64,000 bases of DNA, taken from positions 253,828,001 to 253,892,000 of the forward strand of contig OZ024743.1 of NCBI GenBank assembly GCA_964016885.1, read 5' to 3'. Shown here piece after piece: positions 54,309 through 64,000 of the stretch. Positions within the stretch are counted from its first letter, which is position 1. Each line of letters opens with the position of its first letter. The position numbers were made by a program, and so were the translations under genes. A model generated the notes under the pieces. That model made no database searches. It had not been told where the DNA came from and saw nothing but the letters and a program-made list of their open reading frames with translations. This DNA is from Eledone cirrhosa. Taxonomy: Eukaryota.

Positions 54309-57113
54309 AATATTTATATTGAGGATGATGTAGATATTGAGGTTAATGTTGATGGTAATGCACTTCTTTACCCAATTATTCCTGAGAGGGTCCTGAGGGA
54401 AGAGTCCTCAGACATGGCTTCCAAAGGATCCTATGAGAAGCAACGATCTCCAAATGATCTGGTTGGATCCCCAAGAGACATCAACTGAGTTCATAGATGT
54501 CATTGAACCCACTTGCTTGTAGTCTAGATCTGGGTCTCCTGCCAGTTGGCTTTACCAGTAAATTATGTGCATTGACACATTCCTTAGACAGTATAACCAA
54601 CCGTATGTAGTACCAAGTTGTGAAATTTTGATGGGGAGAAGTAGCAGTTTTACTTGGAGCAATACCCTGATCTCTGAGCTATGCATCCTATCAAGTAATG
54701 TTATTCTAAAGATCACTTGGAGAAACCACATTTTAGTTGTAGTAGTTGTGACCATATTCTTTCTCTCATTACCCAAGATTAAAATAGCATCAACACTAGG
54801 GATAAATAAGGCCACTAGTTATTGGTGAGAGGTAGTTCCACCACCATATGCTCAAGCCATTGAGAATTCCTTTGTGGTGCCATGGTCTCAGATTTTCTGT
54901 CCACATGCTGAGGAACCAAGTCGTTCACAGATGTTTTATAAGTTATAATCATTGAACATATAGAAACAGTACTCACGACACAAATTAGAGTTACAATGAA
55001 TATTCAAATGTCTTATGTGGTTATGAAAACAGAAAAAGAAAGGGCTCTAGTGTTACACAAGAATGGGGAAGGGAGGGTTATGGGACAATACCACAAAAGC
55101 ATTCCCTTGGAAATCGGTTGCTGTGTCAGATGGATTTGTTTACAGCAACAATAACGGTTTAGGCGTCATTGACAACACCTTAGATAGGTGTGGTACCCGG
55201 CCTTAGTGGCCATAGTTGTCCTGGCAGTACTGATAATATAATATAATACCAGTCTCACCAGCATGTAGTAAAATACACATTAGTTGAGAATTAGTTGACT
55301 TTTATGAATGATAAAGTAGAATAAAGTATAATAAACTAAAAGTTTGAAGACAAATGACCATTTAATAAATAATGGATAGATCACAAGCAAAGAGTAACTG
55401 GTACAGAAGTAGAAAGAAAAGACAGAAGAAAACAAAGAATAAAATGGTGAGATGTACGGCAAGTACCAAGGTTAGACTCTGTCAACGCTTAATATGTATC
55501 ACACAATTGATAGTCGTACTGAGATTTAGAATATGCTAGGAAGAAAGGGGTATTCCTAGTATTATCATATAAAGAAAACATTTTAGCTCAGAGCTAATAC
55601 AAGTGTTACTATACGTGAATATAGTACACACGAATATATTTGCTAGCCAATGATGCCACGTGATCCCGAGGTGTGTCTCCTATTGCCAGAGGGAGGAGAG
55701 GGATAAACAAACCAGCCCAGATGGTAGGTCCAACACCACATCGAGTCTCACATTACGAATCCAGGATCGATGGTTGGAATGTATGTTGTATATCCCAGAT
55801 AAGTGGTTAGAATGGCCGAGGGAATTTCATGTAATGAGGCACTGAGGTGTATTTAAAGATTAATAGAGATAAAATGAGATAGAAACAGGAGATGGGGTTG
55901 GTCCATGTAGACACCTAGGAATCAGGGTTACTAATCATATAGCTTGAGGAAAGTAACCATCCTTAGGTGTAGACAAGCACCAAAGTAATCAGCACTTTCT
56001 GTTAATTATTTGCATTCCCCCTCTGAGTATCTCTAGGGCTTCATTCAGACAGAGGCTACAAATGCCTAAGCCACCTTATCTGAGGATACCTCATGAACCT
56101 TGGACCAAACCAAAGAGCATGGGGACTTGTCCAACTTAAGCCTCCAAATCAATTCAGAAATGGCCGTGCTTTTCCGTTTATTGATCCTATTAAATTAGTT
56201 AATTTACTTAGTTACCTGCTCGGAGTCGTTGGAACCCATATTGATATGGAACTTCTAGTCTTGAGGTCTCCACATGAATGGATCAAGGTCTTCCTAGCGC
56301 CATGGATGATTTCTATTTCATTGCGGGTTAGGTCAGTGTTACTCTTCACAAATACGAAGAGAGGTAGCTGGCAATATCCAGTCATATAAACCTAGTCCTA
56401 TTCTTCTCAGTTAATTGCACAAGTACAAAACCATACCTGCAATTTTGTTCTTTTCTTAAATCTATCTTGAATGTTTTTCTGCATCTTACCATAGATCGAA
56501 TATTTCTTTGATTTGTGATCTTCCCAGTCCCAGTACCACAGACTATCTATATATATCTTGTCAATCGACTGTCGATATACATATATATATATACATTTAT
56601 CTCTATATATATATGTCCCCAAAAATGTATAGACACTTCAACATCATTCTTAAAAATATTTCCTGTACATGTAACCAATAAAAGTGTGAATACACATGTA
56701 TACGCACACACCCACTTACAGACATACCAGTGCGCACACACATACTCACACTTTAATTGAAGCAATCTTTACTGACCCTGTGACACACCGGAGAAACTCT
56801 AGATTAAAAGATGACTGATTTGATTTTTATAAATATGGTTCATAAAAAATACGTATATATATATATATATATACAAATGAATATATGATAGGGATAAACA
56901 CTGATACAAGTATACATGTGTTCGCATTGCAAATGACCAAGTTAGCTAGATTGAAAAATACTAATTAAAATAATACGGTTTGCCTGTCTCGATTTAAAAT
57001 AATGAATCAAAAAATCAATAAAAACAAACCTATATTCATTTGTATTACACGGCTCAGATATATTCCTTTCTTTGAGCTATTTAATTGTGAAAGACTATTT
57101 GATTTTAAAACTC

Positions 57114-57153
<40 letters not shown>

Positions 57154-57564
57154 ACTGTAGACTGCTTCTTATCCGATATCTGCATTGCTGTATTGTACTA
57201 CAATAAAACTCACCTCCTACATATATATATATATATATATTTATAGGTACACAGTACACATATATGCATGTGATAGGTTCTTCATCAATGTAGTTTTTAT
57301 GGCATGTTTGATCAAGCTGACAGCATCAGATTAAGATAGGGAAACATCCTTGGTCTCCTATGTCTTCAATGCTGTAGTCCTCCAGTAATCCTAGTATATT
57401 TGAGGAAACAATCATCGTAAGGTAAGCAGCCTCCATGTATATAAGACTGTATAGTATTGTTTTTTTGTCTGCTATTTAACAAGTGGTTGTCTCCTAAAAA
57501 CCAAACGGACTGCACTAATTCAACAATGACGTGCTAGCTAATACTTATTGATAGAAAACTTCCT

Positions 57565-60500
57565 GTGTTGTTGAGTTGTTGTTGTCGTGGTGATGTAGGT
57601 GTTGTGTTGGTGATGATGGTATGGTGATGTTGGTAGTGTTGGTGTGTAATGCTGTAATACTTGTGTGGTGTTGGTGTTGGTGGTGTGGCGGTTTTAGTGT
57701 AGTAGTTTTGGTGAGTTGTTGTCGTGGTGGTGTAGGTGTGGTGGTGATGTTGATTGTTATGGTGTGTTGTTGAGGTTGTGGTGATGTTAAATGTGTGGTG
57801 TGGTGAGATTGATGTTGGTGGTGTGGTGATGATGCTGGTGGTGTGGTGTTGTTGTTGTTAATACTGGTGTTTGTATGTTATGGAGGTGGTGGTATTGGTG
57901 AGTTGTGGTTGTGTATTGTTGTGGGTGTATTGGTGGGTTGTGGATGGCAGGGGTTTCTTGAGGTTGTGGTATTTGTGTTGAAGGTATTGGGGATGGTGGT
58001 TGTGTGCTGTTATTATGTTGTGGGTGGTGGTCGTGTATGTTGTGGTGGTATATGTTGTGGTCGTGGTGGTGATTGTGTTGGTTGATTGTGTTGTGGCAGT
58101 GACACATGTTGTTCGTGTGTGTTGTTGTTCTTTTGGGTATGGTGGTGTGTGTTGTTAGTGTCGTGGTGTGGTGTTGGTGTAGTGGTGTGTTGTGGATGTG
58201 GTGGTGTGTTGTTGGTGTGGTGTGTGTTGTTGGTGTGGTGGTGTGCTGTGGGTGTGATGGTGTGTTGTTGGTGTGGTCGTGTGTTGTTAGTGTGGTGGTG
58301 TGTGTAGTTGGTGTGGTGGTGTGTTGTTGGTGTGATGGTGTGTGTTTAGTGTGGTGGTGTGTGTTGTTGTTGTGGTGGTGTGTTGTTAGTGTGATGTGTG
58401 TTGTTGGTGTGGTGGTGCGTGTTGTTGGTGTGGTGTGTGTTGTTGGTGTGGTGTGTGTTGTTGGTGTGGTGGTGTGTTGTTGATGTGTTGTGTGTTGTTG
58501 GTGTGGTGGTGTGTTGTTGGTAGTGTGTGTGTTGTTGGTGTGGTGTGTGTTGTTGGTATGGTGGTGTGTGTTGTTGGTGTGGTGTGTGTTGTTTGTGTGG
58601 TGGTGTGTGATGTTGGTGTGGTGGTGTGGTGTAGGTGTGGTGGTGTGTTGTTGGTGTGGTGGTGTGTTGTTGGTGTGGTAGTTGTTGTTGGTGTGGTGGT
58701 GTGTTGTTGGTGTGGTGGTGTGGTGTTGGTGTGGTGGTGTGTTGTTGGTGTGGTGGTGTGTTGTTGGTGTGGTGTGTGTTGTTGGTGTGGTGGTGTGGTG
58801 TTGGTGTGGTGGAGTGGTGTTGGTGTGGTGGTGTGTGTTGTTGGTGTGGTGTGTGTTGTTGGTGTGGTGGTGTATGTTGTTGGTGTGGTGGTGTGGTGTA
58901 GGTGTGGTGGTGTGTGTTGTTGGTGTGGTGGTGTGTTGTTGGTGTGGTAGTTGTTGTTGGTGTGGTGGTGTGTTGTTGGTGTGGTGGTGTGGTGTTGGTT
59001 TGGTGGTGTGTCGTTGGTGTGGTGTTGTGTCCTTGTGTGGTGTGTGTTGTTGGTGTGCTGGTGTGGTGTCGGTGTGGTGGAGTGGTGTTGGTGTGGTGGT
59101 GTGTGTTGTTGGTGTGGTGGTGTGTTGTTGGTGTGGTGGTATGTTATTGGTGGTGTGGTGTTGGTGTGGTGGTGTGTTGTTGGTGTGGTGGTGTAGTGTT
59201 GGTGTGGTGGTGTGTGTTGTTGGTGTGGTGGTGTGGTGTTGGTGTGGTGGTGTGTTGTAGGTGTGGTGGTGTGTTGTTGGTGTGGTGGTGTGGTGTTGGT
59301 GTGGTGGTGTGTGTTGTTGGTATGGTGGTGTGTTGTTGGTGTGGTGTGTGTTGTTGGTATGGTGGTGTGTGTTGTTGGTGTGGTGTGTGTTGTTTGTGTG
59401 GTGGTGTGTGATGTTGGTGTGGTGGTGTGGTGTAGGTGTGGTGGTGTGTTGTTGGTGTGGTGGTGTGTTGTTGGTGTGGTAGTTGTTGTTGGTGTGGTGG
59501 TGTGTTGTTGGTGTGGTGGTGTGGTGTTGGTGTGGTGGTGTGTTGTTGGTGTGGTGGTGTGTTGTTGGTGTGGTGTGTGTTGTTGGTGTGGTGGTGTGGT
59601 GTTGGTGTGGTGGAGTGGTGTTGGTGTGGTGGTGTGTGTTGTTGGTGTGGTGTGTGTTGTTGGTGTGGTGGTGTATGTTGTTGGTGTGGTGGTGTGGTGT
59701 AGGTGTGGTGGTGTGTGTTGTTGGTGTGGTGGTGTGTTGTTGGTGTGGTAGTTGTTGTTGGTGTGGTGGTGTGTTGTTGGTGTGGTGGTGTGGTTTTGGT
59801 TTGGTGGTGTGTCGTTGGTGTGGTGTTGTGTCCTTGTGTGGTGTGTGTTGTTGGTGTGCCGGTGTGGTGTCGGTGTGGTGGAGTGGTGTTGGTGTGGTGG
59901 TGTGTGTTGTTGGTGTGGTGGTGTGTTGTTGGTGTGGTGGTATGTTATTGGTGGTGTGGTGTTGGTGTGGTGGTGTGTTGTTGGTGTGGTGGTGTAGTGT
60001 TGGTGTGGTGGTGTGTGTTGTTGGTGTGGTGGTGTGGTGTTGGTGTGGTGGTGTGTTGTAGGAGTGGTGGTGTGTTGTTGGTGTGGTGGTGTGGTGTTGG
60101 TGTGGTGGTGTGTGTTGTTGGTATGGTGGTGTGTTGTTGGTGTGGTGGTGTGGTGTTGGTGTGGTGGTGTGTGTTGTTGGTATGGTGGTGTGTTGTTGGT
60201 GTGGTGGAGTGGTGTTGGTGTGGTGGTGTGTGTTGTTGGTGTGGTGGTGTGTTGTTGGTGTGGTGGTATGTTATTGGTGGTGTGGTGTTGGTGTGGTGGT
60301 ATGTTGTTGGTGTGGTGGTGTGGTGTTGGTGTGGTGGTGTGTGTTGTTGGTATGGTGGTGTGTTGTTGGTGTGGTGTATGTTGTTGGTGTGGTGTGTGTT
60401 GTTGGTATGGTGTGTGTTGTTGGCGTGGTGTGTGTAGTTGGTGTGGTGGTGTGTTGTTGGTGTGATGGTGTGTTGTTGGTGTGGTGGTGTGTGTTGTTGG

Positions 60501-63500
60501 TGTTGTGTGTGTTGTTGGTGTGGTGTGTGTTGTTGGTGTGGTGGTGTGTTGTTGGTATGGTGGTATGTGTTGTTGGTGTGGTGGTCTGTTGTTGGTGTGG
60601 TGGTGTGATGTTGGTGTGGTGGTGTGTTGTTGGTGTGGTTATGTGGTGGTGGTGTGGTGGTGTTTGTTGTTGGTGTGGTGGTGTGGTGGTGTGTTGTTGG
60701 TGTGGTGATGTGTGTTGTTGGTGTGGTGGTGTGTTGTTGGTGTGGTGGTTTTGGTGTGGTGGTGTGGTGTTGGTGTGGTGGTGTGTGTTGTTGGTGTGGT
60801 GGTGTGGCGTGTGTTGTTGGTGTTGTGGTGTGTTGTTGTTGGTGTGGCGGTGTGTTGTTGGTGTGGTGTGTGTAGTTCGTGTGGTGGTGTGTTGTTGGTG
60901 GGGTGTGTGTTGTTGGTGTGGTGGTGTGTTGTTGGTAAGGCGTGGCGGTGTGTTGTTGGGGTGGTGTGTGTAGTTCGTGTGGTGGTGTGTTGTTGGTGTG
61001 ATGGTGTGTTGTTGGTGTGGTGTGTGTTGTTGGTGTAGTGTGTGTTGTTGGTGTGGTGTGTGTAGTTGGTGTGGTGGTGTGTTGTTGGTGTGATGGTGTG
61101 TTGTTGGTGTGGTGGTGTGTTGTTGGTGTGGTGGTGTGTGTTGTTGGTGTAGTGTGTGTTGTTGGAGTGGTGTGTGTTGTTGGTGTGGTGGTGTGTTGTT
61201 GGTATGGTGGTGTGTGTTGTTGGTGTGGTGGTGTGTTGTTGTTGTGGCGGTGTGGTGTTGGTGTGGTGGTGTGTTGTTGGTGTGGTGGTGTGTTGTTGGT
61301 GTGGTGTGTGGTGTTCGTGTGGTGGTGTTTGTTGTTGGTGTGGTGGTGTGGTGGTGCGGTGGTGTGTTGTTGGTGTGGTGATGTGTGTTGTTGGTGTGGT
61401 GGTGTGTTGTTGGTGTGGTGGTGTTGGTGTGGTGGTGTGGTGTCTGTGTGGTGGTGTGTGTTATTGGTGTGGTTGTGTGGTGGTGTGTTGTTGGTGTGGT
61501 GATATGTGTTGTTGATGTGGTGGTGTGTTGTTGGTGTGGCGTGGCGGAGTGTTGTTGGTGTGGTAGTGTGGTGTTGGTGTGGTGGTGTGTTGTTGGTGTG
61601 GTGGTGTGGTGTTGGTGTGGTGGTGTGTGTTGTTGGTGTGGTGGTGTTGTGTTGGTGTGGTTGTGTGTGTTGATGGTGTGGTGTTGGTGTGGTGGTGTGT
61701 TGTTGGTGTGGTGGTGTGTTGTTGGTGTGATGGTGTGGTGTTGGTGTGGTGGTGTGTGTTGTTGGTGTGGTGGTGTGTTGTTGGTGTGATGGTGTGTTGT
61801 TGGTGTGGTGGTGTGTTGTTGGTGTGATGGTGTGTTGTTGGTGTGATGGTGTGGTGTTGGTGTGGTGTGTGTGTGTTGTTGGTGTGGTGGTGTGTTGTTG
61901 GTGTGATGGTGTGTTGTTGGTGTGGTGGTGTGGTGTTGGTGTGGTGGTGTGTTGTTGGTGTGGTGGTATGTTGTTGGTGTGGTGGTGTGTTGTTGGTGTG
62001 GTGTGTGTTGTTGGTGTGGTGTATGTTTTTGGTGTGGTGTGTGTTGTTGGTATGGTGGTGTGTTGTTGGTGTGGTGGTGTGTTGTTGGTGTGGTGGTGTG
62101 TGTTGTCTGTGTGGTGGTGTGTGTTGTTGGTGTGGTGTGTGTTGTTGGTGTGGTGTGTGTTGTTGGTGTGGTGGTGTGTTGTTGGTGTGGTGGTGTGTTA
62201 TTGGTGTGGTGGTGTGTTGTTGGTGTGGTGTGTGTTGTTGGTGTGGTGTGTGTTTTTGGTGTGGTATGTGTTGTTGGTATGGTGGTGTGTTGTTGGTGTG
62301 GTGGTGTGTTGTTGGTGTGGTGGTGTGTTGTTGGTATGGTGGTGTGTGTTGTTTGTGTGGTGGTGTGTGTTGTTGGTGTGGTGTGTGTTGTTGGTGTGGT
62401 GTGTGTTGTTGGTATGGTGGTGTGTGTTGTTGGTGTGGTGTATGTTTTTGGTGTGGTGTGTGTTGTTGGTATGGTGGTGTGTTGTTGGTGTGGTGGTGTG
62501 TTGTTGGTGTGGTGGTGTGTTGTTGGTGTGGTGGTGTGTGTTGTCTGTGTGGTGGTGTGTGTTGTTGGTGTGGTGTGTGTTGTTGGTGTGGTGTGTGTTG
62601 TTGGTATGGTGGTGTGTGTTGTTGGTGTGGTGGTGTGTTGTTGGTGTGGTCGTGTGGTGTTGGTGTGGGGGGGGGTGTTGTTGGTGTGGTGGTGTGTTGT
62701 TGGTGTGGTGTGTGGTGTTGGTGTGGTGGTGTTTGTTGTTGGTGTGGTGGTGTGGTGGTGCGGTGGTGTGTTGTTGGTGTGGTGATGTGTGTTGTTGGTG
62801 TGGTGGTGTGTTGTTGGTGTGGTGGTGTGTTGTTGGTGTGATGGTGTGGTGTTGGTGTGGTGGTGTGTGTTGTTGGTGTGGTGGTGTGTTGTTGGTGTGA
62901 TGGTGTGTTGTTGGTGTGGTGGTGTGTTGTTGGTGTGATGGTGTGTTGTTGGTGTGATGGTGTGGTGTTGGTGTGGTGTGTGTGTTGTTGGTGTGGTGGT
63001 GTGTTGTTGGTGTGATGGTGTGTTGTTGGTGTGGTGGTGTGGTGTTGGTGTGGTGGTGTGTTGTTGGTGTGGTGGTATGTTGTTGGTGTGGTGGTGTGTT
63101 GTTGGTGTGGTGTGTGTTGTTGGTGTGGTGTATGTTTTTGGTGTGGTGTGTGTTGTTGGTATGGTGGTGTGTTGTTGGTGTGGTGGTGTGTTGTTGGTGT
63201 GGTGGTGTGTGTTGTCTGTGTGGTGGTGTGTGTTGTTGGTGTGGTGTGTGTTGTTGGTGTGGTGTGTGTTGTTGGTGTGGTGGTGTGTTGTTGGTGTGGT
63301 GGTGTGTTATTGGTGTGGTGGTGTGTTGTTGGTGTGGTGTGTGTTGTTGGTGTGGTGTGTGTTTTTGGTGTGGTATGTGTTGTTGGTATGGTGGTGTGTT
63401 GTTGGTGTGGTGGTGTGTTGTTGGTGTGGTGGTGTGTTGTTGGTATGGTGGTGTGTGTTGTTTGTGTGGTGGTGTGTGTTGTTGGTGTGGTGTGTGTTGT

Positions 63501-64000
63501 TGGTGTGGTGTGTGTTGTTGGTATGGTGGTGTGTGTTGTTGGTGTGGTGTATGTTTTTGGTGTGGTGTGTGTTGTTGGTATGGTGGTGTGTTGTTGGTGT
63601 GGTGGTGTGTTGTTGGTGTGGTGGTGTGTTGTTGGTGTGGTGGTGTGTGTTGTCTGTGTGGTGGTGTGTGTTGTTGGTGTGGTGTGTGTTGTTGGTGTGG
63701 TGTGTGTTGTTGGTATGGTGGTGTGTGTTGTTGGTGTGGTGGTGTGTTGTTGGTGTGGTCGTGTGGTGTTGGTGTGGGGGGGGTGTTGTTGGTGTGGTGG
63801 TGTGTTGTTGGTGTGGTGTGTGGTGTTGGTGTGGTGGTGTTTGTTGTTGGTGTGGTGGTGTGGTGGTGCGGTGGTGTGTTGTTGGTGTGGTGATGTGTGT
63901 TGTTGGTGTGGTGGTGTGTTGTTGGTGTGGTGGTGTTGGTGTGGTGGTGTGGTGTCTGTGTGGTGGTGTGTGTTATTGGTGTGGTTGAGTGGTGGTGTGT
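57565..64000. repeat. GT-only minisatellite/satellite with higher-order repeats
   Basis: Core ~19-mer GGTGTGGTGGTGTGTTGTT and variants. Rare-variant markers recur at 59030/59831 (801 bp) and ~62666/63775 (~1109 bp). Confidence 0.95.

Noticed and set aside
57787-63988. Long Cys/Val/Trp/Gly-rich ORFs
   Set aside because: They are translations of the GT satellite and are open in all three frames because A is nearly absent.

Overview
An AT-rich, microsatellite-saturated animal genomic window. The SINE, RTE and Penelope repertoire and the (TA)n density suggest a cephalopod or octopus-like mollusc (inference). I found no intact host gene, and most ORF-track entries are translations of (TA)n, (CA)n, (ATT)n or GT-rich repeats. 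The real content is decayed retroelements: three Naiad-type Penelope-like elements (PLEs), a Neptune-like PLE, another GIY-YIG PLE end, RTE LINEs, an L1/Tx1-like relic, a non-autonomous LTR element with a tRNA-Trp-like PBS and a PPT, two SINE families, TA-flanked MITEs and a 6.4 kb GT satellite with higher-order repeats. The main hidden signal is RNA-level. By eye I find about 20 type I hammerhead ribozyme (HHR) motifs from roughly a dozen unrelated sequence families. They include a non-coding tandem array of ~467-bp units, each with a complete GUC-cleaving HHR (retrozyme/circRNA-like), HHRs with very long or branched stem II, and fold-back inversions whose junctions fall inside the HHR. All folds were paired by hand and are untested.
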